Positions 31,526 to 39,155 of a DNA stretch of 64,000 nucleotides are shown piece after piece; the stretch's first letter is position 1, and every line of letters begins with the position of its first letter. The notes below the pieces were generated by a model. That model was not told where the DNA came from and did not search any database. It saw only the letters and a list, made by a program, of their open reading frames with translations. Both the position numbers and the translations under genes were made by a program. The stretch comes from Candidatus Xenobia bacterium (GTDB lineage: Bacteria; Vulcanimicrobiota; Xenobia; Xenobiales; QWHO01): the NCBI GenBank assembly GCA_045863235.1, contig BTUM01000012.1, forward strand, positions 32,001 to 96,000. Direction: 5' to 3'.

Positions 31526-32710
31526 GTGGACTACCGCAAGCGCAGCCGCAGCCTGCACCTGGCCCTGGTGCTACGCCAGAACAGCACCATCATCTCGCTC
31601 CTGGTGGCCTGGTTCGCGGTCAACTTCGTGATCTTGCTGCTGCTCGGGCACACCTTTGCCGACACCGTGATGATCCTGACCTTCTTCAAGGACGACAGCA
31701 CGGCCTGGGGTACGTGGTACCAGAACATGTCCGATTTCGTGGTGTTCGGCCTGGTGGTGGGGGTGGTCATGGTGGACGTGCAGCGCCGCTACCGCCCCGA
31801 GGTGACCTGCCGCATCCTGGCCGGCGAGCTCACCAACCACGCGGTGATCATCAGCTTCTCGCACCTGGGCCAGCGGGTGCTCGAGTTTCTCGACCAGCAT
31901 CATGTGCCGGCCGTGGTGATCGAGCCCGACCGGGCCCTGGTCGAGGACCTGATCCGCCAGGAGCGGCCGCTGGTGCTGGGCAACGGCCGCCAGCGCACCG
32001 ACCTGGAAGCGGCCAACCTCAGGCGAGCCAGGCTCGTGGTACTCTCCGCCGACGACCTGGAGACCAACTCGGTGGTGGCCAGCCTGGTCCGCCAGTTGAA
32101 CTCCGATTGCAGCCTGGTGGTGCGCGTCTACGAAGACGAGATCGGGGAGGTGCTGGCCAAGCGCTATCAGGCCAGCGTCGTCTCCACCTCCCGCATGGCC
32201 GCCGAGTTCATCAAGGATTATGCCAAGCGACACAACGCCAGATTCTGCGTCATCGTGGGGGGCGGCCAGGTGGGCCGCCGCCTGATCAAGGTGATGGAAG
32301 ATCTGCACTGCGAGTACCGCCTGATCGAGTCGGACCGAGCGGTCGTGGAAGACCTGATGGACGATCACCCTGTCCTGATCGGCAAGCCGGCCGACCCCGA
32401 GCTGCTCACCCAGGCCGAGGTGCCGCGCGCCGACCTGGTCGTGCTGACCGACGACAACCTCTCTCACAGCCTGCCGGTGATCGACCACGTGCGCGACATG
32501 AACACCGGCTGTCGCATCGTCTGCCGCGTCTTTCACGACGACGCAGCCGACATGATCACGCGCGAGCCGTTTTTGTGCGACGTCATCTCCACCTCTCGCT
32601 ACGCAGTGGAGAGCCTGGCCCGCAAGGGAGTGTTCAAGAAGATCGGCCTGGATGCCGGGGCCGCAACCTCCGCCAACGCGGTGCGTGCGAGCCGGGGAAA
32701 GGAGTCTTAG
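31526..32710 (+). CDS. membrane protein with two TrkA-N/RCK NAD-binding domains
   Basis: Two TM helices, NHAVII..SHLG, IVGGGQVG Rossmann motifs. Confidence 0.8.
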   Translation: MDYRKRSRSLHLALVLRQNSTIISLLVAWFAVNFVILLLLGHTFADTVMILTFFKDDSTAWGTWYQNMSDFVVFGLVVGVVMVDVQRRYRPEVTCRILAGELTNHAVIISFSHLGQRVLEFLDQHHVPAVVIEPDRALVEDLIRQERPLVLGNGRQRTDLEAANLRRARLVVLSADDLETNSVVASLVRQLNSDCSLVVRVYEDEIGEVLAKRYQASVVSTSRMAAEFIKDYAKRHNARFCVIVGGGQVGRRLIKVMEDLHCEYRLIESDRAVVEDLMDDHPVLIGKPADPELLTQAEVPRADLVVLTDDNLSHSLPVIDHVRDMNTGCRIVCRVFHDDAADMITREPFLCDVISTSRYAVESLARKGVFKKIGLDAGAATSANAVRASRGKES

Positions 32711-32713
32711 TAA

Positions 32714-33184
32714 ATGCGTAAGGTCATGGTCTGGGGTCTGGTATTACTCGCTCTGGCGGGAGCGGCCACGGCCGCCACCTGGAAGTCGTTCACCGCACCG
32801 GATAAGAGGTTCTCCATCGACTTTCCGGGCGATCCGACCCAGATGAAGGAGCAACAGGGCATTCAGGGGTGGGCCATCTTCGCGGATATGAAGGCCTACA
32901 CGGTGACCATCTCCACCGAGTCGGGCATCAAAGACCTCGACGCCGGCGCCCAGGACAAGGCACTGCTCGAGTTCGCGGCCAATTTCTTCCAGGGCGCCGA
33001 GGTGACCACCACCAACCAGAAGTCCATCTCGGGTGGCTACGAGTTTACCGGCACCATCACCGAGGACAAGGACCGCGTCAATGCCCAGGTGCTCAAGGAC
33101 GCCCCCAACGATCGGGTCTACATCCTGATGACCTTTGGCGAGGCCGAGAGCCAGCGCTTCTTCGACAGCTTCAAGAAGCTCTGA
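32714..33184 (+). CDS. secreted hypothetical protein
   Basis: Signal peptide; FSIDFPG...FFDSFK pattern. Confidence 0.75.
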   Translation: MRKVMVWGLVLLALAGAATAATWKSFTAPDKRFSIDFPGDPTQMKEQQGIQGWAIFADMKAYTVTISTESGIKDLDAGAQDKALLEFAANFFQGAEVTTTNQKSISGGYEFTGTITEDKDRVNAQVLKDAPNDRVYILMTFGEAESQRFFDSFKKL

Positions 33185-33187
33185 ATC

Positions 33188-33267
33188 TTGCAGAAGTCGG
33201 GCCCTTCATCTCGGTGCCGCTCAGAACAAGTTCTTGGCGGCACGTAATGGGCCCGACTTCTCGCACA
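33188..33267. repeat. palindromic REP/MITE-like element, family B copy 1
   Basis: GCAGAAGTCGGGCCC...GGGCCCGACTTCTCGC terminal inverted repeat with inner hairpin; similar ends at 59461-59550. Confidence 0.65.
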
Positions 33268-33351
33268 AGAGTTGAGCGTCGCTGCTGCGCTCGGCCTCAA
33301 GTGCAAGGTCTTTGGTCTTGCACTTTACGACGCGCTGGAACGCAGTTTCGG

Positions 33352-33398
33352 CGCGTTCGTCAGATTGTGCGAATGTGCAAAACCAGAGTGCGAGCACA
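33352..33398 (+). repeat. dispersed intergenic repeat family A, copy 2
   Basis: Matches 10821-10867; preceded by an inverted core copy at about 33311-33326. Confidence 0.8.
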
Positions 33399-34622
33399 TC
33401 AGACCAGGGCGGGCACCAGGGCCACGTCGCTGCCCACCGACTTCTTGCGAGCCGGGTCGAAGAATGGCTTGGGGACGACTCTGGCGCTGACGTGGCGCCG
33501 GTCGGTGTCGATCAGGGCCTCCATCTTCATCACCGTGCCCAGCTTGGCGTAGCGGCTCTGCACGGTGGCCAGGGCGATGTAGCGCTTGAGCAGGGGCGAC
33601 CAGACGCCGCTGGTGGCATAGCCCACCTGGCGGTGCGTCAGACTGTCGAAAAGCGGCACCACGCCGCGCCAGGTGGTGCAGGGCAGGTCCAGGGGCAGGC
33701 CGCGCGCGTCAAAGAGCTTCTCCAGCTCTTCCAGGGAGACATCCAGGCCCACCAGGCTCCAGGCCGAGCCCTGACGCTTCTCCTTCTCCAGGGCCGCCTT
33801 GCCGATGAAGGGCCCTTTGTCCATGTGCACCGTCCAGCCCAGCCCGATCTCATAGGGAGTGGACATCTGATCGTCGGTCACACAGTAGGTGCAGCTCCTG
33901 AAGTCGACGTCCACCATGATGAAGCCGGCCTCGACGCGCACCATGTCCAGCGCCAGGATGCCGGCGGGCAGGATGTTGTAATCCTTGCCGGCAGCCCACA
34001 CGGCGTCATAAAGCTTGTTGGCGTGCTCGGCCTCCACCCACAGCTCGTAGCCCAGGTCACCGGTATAGCCGGTACGCGAGATGACCACGTCCAAGCCATC
34101 CACCTTCGCCTGGATCTGGTGGAAGTAGCGCAACTTGTCCACGTCGGCAAGCTGCGAGAGGATGGCCCGCGAGCGCGGACCTTGCAGGGCCAGTGCACCC
34201 GTCTGCACGGTGATGTCCTGCACCTCGACGTCCAGGCGCTGAGCGTTCTGCAGCAGCCAGTAGTAGCTCGGATGAGCCGAGAACAGCCGGAAGCGCTCGG
34301 GCGAGAATCGAGCCACGGTGCCATCGTCGAGCACTTTGCCGCGCTCGTCGGTCCAGCAGCTGTAGGCCACCTGGTTGTCTTTCATGCGGCCCACGTCGCG
34401 GCACAGCACGCGATTCATCAGCTTGAGAGCGTCCTTGCCCCGGATCTCGTACTTGAAGAGAGGCGAGACATCGAGCAGTCCGGCCGATTCGCGGAAAGCG
34501 TAGTACTCCTGATCGTGGTTGAACTGGTAGCGCTCGACGGCGTAGTAGCCAGCCCACTCCTTCCACTTCAGGCTGGTGCAAAGAGCCGAGGTCCGGTCAT
34601 GAAAGGGGCTTTTTATGGCCAT
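33399..34622 (-). CDS. aminomethyltransferase (GcvT-like folate-binding) family protein
   Basis: DVSPLFK, DDGTV, LQGPRSR, SRTGYTGDLGYE, RVEAG, PFFDPARK. Confidence 0.9.
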   Translation of the reverse strand: MAIKSPFHDRTSALCTSLKWKEWAGYYAVERYQFNHDQEYYAFRESAGLLDVSPLFKYEIRGKDALKLMNRVLCRDVGRMKDNQVAYSCWTDERGKVLDDGTVARFSPERFRLFSAHPSYYWLLQNAQRLDVEVQDITVQTGALALQGPRSRAILSQLADVDKLRYFHQIQAKVDGLDVVISRTGYTGDLGYELWVEAEHANKLYDAVWAAGKDYNILPAGILALDMVRVEAGFIMVDVDFRSCTYCVTDDQMSTPYEIGLGWTVHMDKGPFIGKAALEKEKRQGSAWSLVGLDVSLEELEKLFDARGLPLDLPCTTWRGVVPLFDSLTHRQVGYATSGVWSPLLKRYIALATVQSRYAKLGTVMKMEALIDTDRRHVSARVVPKPFFDPARKKSVGSDVALVPALV

Positions 34623-36222
34623 TGTTGCGCGCCTGCTTTCCTTTCTCTTTCTTGGGTTTCTTGACCAGCGAGGCGACCAGGGCACCCACCCCCATCAGGG
34701 CCACCCCGGTGCCCACGGCCAGGCCCGCCCCCACGGGAGTGGAGACGGCCGATTTGGCCCGGTCGAGATTGCTGGCCATGATCTCGCGGGCCGCATTGGC
34801 CCCGGCCGCCCCCGTGCCCACCCCGCCGGGATGACAACCCGAGCCGCACAAAAAGAGCCGCTCGACCGGCGAGGAGTAGTCGGCGTAGCCTGGCAGCGGG
34901 CGGCAGAAGTGCAACTGGTGCAGGTTGTGCTCGCCCTGGTGCAGGTGCCCGCCGCTGAGGCCATACTCGGCCTGGAAGTCTGAGGGAGTCTTGACGACCA
35001 CCTCTTGCAGGCACTCTCTAAGGTCCGGCAGGTAGGCCTCGAGTGAGCTCAGCACGCGCTCCTTGACATCCTCGCTGCAGCCGAAGGGCACGAACTTGAC
35101 CCGCAAGTCGAGCTGGCCTGGCTCGCTGAAGCGTCCCTCCAGCACCGGGCGCCCCGACAGCTTGCCGTACTTCACGTCGTCATAGGCGCGCTCGAGGGCC
35201 TCGATATCGGGCCCGAAATGGATGCGGCCTTTGAGGTAGGGGGCCGGGTCCTGCTCGCCCAGACAGGCAAAGCGCGGGGCACGGCTCAACTTCAGCCGCA
35301 CCAGGGCGGTGGACCCGCGCATCTTCAGGTTGGCGACGTTGCGCACGAACTCGGGGCCGAGCTCGAGCGGAGGAACCAGCTCGAGGAACGTGCGCTTGGG
35401 ATCGAGCGCCGAGACCACTCGCGTGGCCCGCACCACGGTGCCGTCCTTGAGCCGCACTCCCGTGCAGCGGCCCACCTCCACCAGGATGGACTCAAGCTCT
35501 TGCCCGAAGCGGATCTCCACCCCGCGCCGGGTGCCGGCCGCCACCAGGTCTTCCACCACCGAGCCAACGGCCACGCGCGGTCCGGCCAGCTGGTGGTAGA
35601 GCAGGGTGGCCGCCGTGCCGGGCGAGCGCGGGCCTGCAAAACGGCCTTCAAATGCCTGCATGGCCAGCGCACCAAGAATGGCCGGATGCTCGAACCACTC
35701 TTCCAGGAAGTCCTGTACCGCCATCGGCCCCAGGCGCATCAGGCCCAGCGCGTCGGCCTGGCTCAGGTTCTTGAAGCGCAGGCCGATGTTGGCCGCGTCC
35801 ACCAGCGAGGCCCAGTGCTCGGCGTCCGGGCCCACCGGAGTCTGGTCGAGCAGCGGCTCGGCGAAAGCGATCATTCGGTCCATGAAGCCCTTATAGCCAG
35901 CGTAGCGCTGGGCGTCGGACTGGCTCAGCCGGGCCAGCTCCTGGCGGGTCTTCTCCACGTCTTGCCAGAGGGTAAAGTGGTTGCCATCGCTCAGCGGGCA
36001 GAAGGCCACCGGGTCGAGCGGCGCCTCATCGAGCAAGCCCAGCTCGCGGCGCATGCGCGGGCGCAGCGGGGTGCGCCAGGGCAACCCGCCCTCGCGGGCG
36101 AACACGCCGCCTGCGCTGTCGCGCCTCTCGAGGATGACGACCTTCTGGCCCTGATTGGCCAGGCTGGCCGCGCAGGCCAGCGCGTTGGGGTCGGACCCCA
36201 GAATGAGGGTATCGATGTCCAT
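34597..36222 (-). CDS. phytoene-desaturase-like FAD oxidoreductase, degenerate paralogue
   Basis: Paralogous to the next gene; GHLHQGE, LCGSGCHPGG; Rossmann motif altered to GSDPNAL. Confidence 0.85.
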   Translation of the reverse strand: MDIDTLILGSDPNALACAASLANQGQKVVILERRDSAGGVFAREGGLPWRTPLRPRMRRELGLLDEAPLDPVAFCPLSDGNHFTLWQDVEKTRQELARLSQSDAQRYAGYKGFMDRMIAFAEPLLDQTPVGPDAEHWASLVDAANIGLRFKNLSQADALGLMRLGPMAVQDFLEEWFEHPAILGALAMQAFEGRFAGPRSPGTAATLLYHQLAGPRVAVGSVVEDLVAAGTRRGVEIRFGQELESILVEVGRCTGVRLKDGTVVRATRVVSALDPKRTFLELVPPLELGPEFVRNVANLKMRGSTALVRLKLSRAPRFACLGEQDPAPYLKGRIHFGPDIEALERAYDDVKYGKLSGRPVLEGRFSEPGQLDLRVKFVPFGCSEDVKERVLSSLEAYLPDLRECLQEVVVKTPSDFQAEYGLSGGHLHQGEHNLHQLHFCRPLPGYADYSSPVERLFLCGSGCHPGGVGTGAAGANAAREIMASNLDRAKSAVSTPVGAGLAVGTGVALMGVGALVASLVKKPKKEKGKQARNNGHKKPLS

Positions 36223-36231
36223 GCTGGCCTC

Positions 36232-37833
36232 CTACCGATGCGCCGGGCGCTTCTGCTTGAGATCTTTGAGCACTTCGCGGGCCCCGATCTGGCCCGGCGC
36301 TCCCATGATGCCGCCCCCGGGATGCACTCCCGAGCCGCACTGATAAAGACCCTGCAGGGGGGTGCGGTAGCGCGCCCAGGCGGCGATGGGACGCAGGAAG
36401 AACATCTGCTCGAGCGAGAGCTCGCCGTGAAAGATGTTACCTTCGGTGATCCCGAACTCGCGCTCCATGTCCAGGGGAGTGAGCACCTGGCGGAACAGGA
36501 TCGACTCTTTGAGGCCCGGGATGTACTCGGCCAGCGTATCCACCACCGCATCGCCAAAGCTCTCGCGCTCGTCGTCCCAGTTCTTGCCTTTGAGCTGATA
36601 AGGAGCGTACTGCACGAAACACGAGATGACGTGCTTTCCGGGCGGCGCCATGGAGGGGTCGGAGACGGTGGGCACCACCACGTTGATGAAGGGACGCTGG
36701 CTAAAATTGCCATACTTGGCGTCGTCGTAGGCCCGCTCGAGGTACTCCACCGAGGGAGCGATGGAGATGTCCCCCTTGAGGTGCTTGCCCATGCCGGGCA
36801 GGCACTTGAACTCGGGCAGCCGGTCGACGGCCATGTTCACCTTGCCCGAGGAGCCGCGGAACTTGTAGTGCTTCAGGCTGTCGAGCAAGCGCGGGTCGAG
36901 CTGGCCCTCGGGTACCAGCTTCTTGAAGGTGACAAACGGGTCGGCACTGCTGAGCACCGCCCTTGCCCCGATCTCCTCGCCGTTCTCGAGCACCACGCCC
37001 TGGACCTGATCGCCCTTGAGCAGCAAGTGCTTGACCCCCGCCTCGGTGCGAATCTCGGCGCCGAAGGCCTGAGCCGCCCGGGCGATGGAGAGCGAGATCC
37101 CGCCCGTGCCTCCCACCGGGAGGCCCCAGGCGCGAAAAACACCGTCGATCTCGCCCATGTAGTGGTGCAAGAGCACGTAGGCCGTGCCCGGCGAGCGCAC
37201 GCCCAGAAAAGTGCCGATGATGCCGCTGACGGACATGGAAGCGATCAGCTCGGGGCTCTCGAACCAGTCTTCCAGATAGTCGACAGCGCTCATGGTGAAG
37301 AGCTTGATCACGTCGTAACGAAGCTCGGGGTCCATGGTGCGGAAAGCCTTGCCCAGTTCGAGCAACTTGAGGAGCTCGTTGGGGTTCCAGCTGTCCATGT
37401 CGGGGGGCACCATGGAGAGGATGGGCTTCACGAAGCGGCAGATGCGGGTCATCTGGCGGGCAAAACGGGGCAGAACCTCGGCGTCACGGCGCGAGAACTG
37501 GGCCACATTGCGGTAGCTCTCCATGGAGTCGTCGGTGCGCAAGATGTAGCGCTTGCCGTCCGGCTGGGGACAGAAGGTGGAGGGCAGGGGCAAGATCTCC
37601 AGGCCGTGGCGGGGCAGCTCGAGGTCGCGGATGATCTCGGGCCTGAGCAGGCTCACCACATAGGAGCAGACCGAGAACTTGAAGCCCGGATAGATCTCTT
37701 CCGTCACCGAGCAGCCGCCGAGCACGTAGCGCTTCTCGCAGACCAGCACCTTCAGCCCGGCTTTGGCCAGGTAGCCGGCAGCCACCAGTCCGTTGTGGCC
37801 GCCTCCGACAATGATGGCATCATAGGTTTTCAT
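36232..37833 (-). CDS. phytoene-desaturase-like (COG1233) FAD-dependent oxidoreductase
   Basis: GGGHNGL, GNIFHGE, CGSGVHPGGG. Confidence 0.9.
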   Translation of the reverse strand: MKTYDAIIVGGGHNGLVAAGYLAKAGLKVLVCEKRYVLGGCSVTEEIYPGFKFSVCSYVVSLLRPEIIRDLELPRHGLEILPLPSTFCPQPDGKRYILRTDDSMESYRNVAQFSRRDAEVLPRFARQMTRICRFVKPILSMVPPDMDSWNPNELLKLLELGKAFRTMDPELRYDVIKLFTMSAVDYLEDWFESPELIASMSVSGIIGTFLGVRSPGTAYVLLHHYMGEIDGVFRAWGLPVGGTGGISLSIARAAQAFGAEIRTEAGVKHLLLKGDQVQGVVLENGEEIGARAVLSSADPFVTFKKLVPEGQLDPRLLDSLKHYKFRGSSGKVNMAVDRLPEFKCLPGMGKHLKGDISIAPSVEYLERAYDDAKYGNFSQRPFINVVVPTVSDPSMAPPGKHVISCFVQYAPYQLKGKNWDDERESFGDAVVDTLAEYIPGLKESILFRQVLTPLDMEREFGITEGNIFHGELSLEQMFFLRPIAAWARYRTPLQGLYQCGSGVHPGGGIMGAPGQIGAREVLKDLKQKRPAHR

Positions 37834-38090
37834 GGCATGTTCCTCCGGGAGAACTGCCATGTTGCGGGATTGGAGGGGCGGGATCCTGCTTTAGGAGGTT
37901 TCAAGCCTCGCGAGACTCAATGTAGAGCCCGATTCGACCGGCCCCGCCTCGATTCGGCCATTCGGGCCGGAAACCCGTCCGCGCGCCGGGAGACGGAAGG
38001 GTCAGGATAGTCGAGCGATGCCTCCATCACCAGTTCCAACAAACAAAAAAAACACATCCTTATTGATTAAATAATTAACAGGAGAATTTC

Positions 38091-38181
38091 TGGTGAGTGC
38101 CCCCAGAATCGAACTGGGCAATGCGACACAATATCGCTCCCGGCTTACAACCGGGCGGGACTCCATTGTCCCATGACACCC
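38091..38181 (-). tRNA. atypical tRNA-Tyr(GTA)
   Basis: Acceptor GGGTGTC/GGCACTC, A73, encoded CCA, anticodon arm CCCGG-TTGTAAG-CCGGG, long variable arm, T arm CCCAG-TTCGATT-CTGGG; non-standard D arm. Confidence 0.75.
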
Positions 38182-38277
38182 ATTTGGGCCGGAGTTACCC
38201 GGCCTGCCGAAGCGAGGCTTCGACCCATTCAGATCTCTCTGAATGCTCCTTACAGTAGCCAGGGGCCTTGACCGGTC

Positions 38278-38356
38278 TGGTCGGAGCGGCCGGATTCGAA
38301 CCGGCGACCTCTTGCTCCCAAGGCAAGCGCGCTAAGCCAGGCTGCGCCACGCTCCG
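38278..38356 (-). tRNA. tRNA-Pro(TGG)
   Basis: Canonical cloverleaf CGGAGCG...CTTGC-CTTGGGA-GCAAG...GGTTCGAATCC...CGCTCCG-ACCA. Confidence 0.96.
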
Positions 38357-38407
38357 AAGAAACGGACCGGCGCGGTCACCGGGGACAACCGACTCCCCGG
38401 TGACCGC
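38357..38407 (-). terminator. attenuator-like hairpin 2 directly before tRNA-Pro
   Basis: Perfect 14-bp stem GCGGTCACCGGGGA/TCCCCGGTGACCGC, then a short GUUUCUU tract. Confidence 0.6.
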
Positions 38408-38449
38408 CAGCCCTGAACGGCCGGACACCGGGCGAGCGGTATCAAGCCG

Positions 38450-38641
38450 TTACCGAATGTCAGCCCCTCCCGGGACGGGGAAGGTGCCGGGGGGACGCGG
38501 ACCGGACCGGAGCTGGTAGCGGTCAGCCCCGTGGCCGGGGGACGGACCCTCCTCGGGTCGCCCGCATGCGTCGCTCATCCCGGCCGCCCACGGTCGGGGC
38601 TGCTCGGTCAGGTGCAAATTCTTCGTTCTCGTGGTCGCCAT
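38450..38641 (-). CDS. candidate leader peptide 2 (63 aa)
   Basis: GAGGGAG SD, ATG, low-complexity product, lies between two terminator hairpins. Confidence 0.45.
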   Translation of the reverse strand: MATTRTKNLHLTEQPRPWAAGMSDACGRPEEGPSPGHGADRYQLRSGPRPPGTFPVPGGADIR

Positions 38642-38659
38642 CGGTCGACTCTCCCTCTG

Positions 38660-38702
38660 AAAACAACTTCGCCCACCCGGGGCCTTCCGCGGGTGGGCGA
38701 GC
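38660..38702 (-). terminator. attenuator-like intrinsic terminator 1
   Basis: 11-bp stem TCGCCCACCCG/CGGGTGGGCGA followed by AGUUGUUUU. Confidence 0.75.
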
Positions 38703-38725
38703 TTGGACGCATCTCCTGAGACAGG

Positions 38726-38833
38726 CTATGCGAGAGGCTCACCCTCCCAAATTCCGGGGAACGGCCGGTTGGCCGGGCTCAAATCGCCCCAGCCTTGATA
38801 CTGTGTGGTGGTATGACACGTGGACATCTTCAT
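38726..38833 (-). CDS. candidate leader peptide 1 (35 aa)
   Basis: MKMSTCHTTTQYQGWGDLSPANRPFPGIWEGEPLA, starting about 12 nt after the predicted TSS and ending about 25 nt before terminator 1. Confidence 0.45.
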   Translation of the reverse strand: MKMSTCHTTTQYQGWGDLSPANRPFPGIWEGEPLA

Positions 38834-38851
38834 GTTCTTCGACCTGAAGTC

Positions 38852-38880
38852 AGGATATCCGAAACGGATCATTTTGTCAA
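38852..38880 (-). promoter_or_regulatory. sigma70-type promoter of the tRNA transcript
   Basis: TTGACA-N17-TATCCT; palindrome ATCCG-N3-CGGAT across the spacer. Confidence 0.8.
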
Positions 38881-38900
38881 GGTCACGACAGATTCATCCT

Positions 38901-39103
38901 GGGGAGATTTGCTCCAGGCCAATTGCCTGAGTCGATGGAGAGAGCGGGAGGTTCATCATCTCTTCATCTTGGGAGGAGCGGATCTTCACCAGCCCCTGCT
39001 AGGCTGGGCGTGCCAGAAAGTCAGGCCGGCCCCCTGTCCGGTCTGCGAGGATGGTGGTTCCAAACGCCAGCCATGTTTTGCCTCTCGGGCACCCCGTCTC
39101 CCC
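38901..39103 (+). ncRNA. 6S RNA-like rod-shaped ncRNA
   Basis: End-to-end irregular helix (TGCCTGAG/CTCGGGCA, ATGG/CCAT, TCATCATC/GATGGTGG) with central bubble flanked by GGGAG; followed by terminator. Confidence 0.5.
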
Positions 39104-39132
39104 CGGACGGTTCCCGGGAGGCTTTCTTTTTT
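39096..39132 (+). terminator. intrinsic terminator
   Basis: GC-rich hairpin followed by TTTCTTTTTT. Confidence 0.7.
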
Positions 39133-39155
39133 GGATCGCGCACCGCAGTACGTGC

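Noticed and set aside
38200..38277. Theta/HDV-like ribozyme at the tRNA-Pro 3' trailer
   Set aside because: Some resemblance (CCUCGC, GGGUAAC), but I could not build the nested double pseudoknot.
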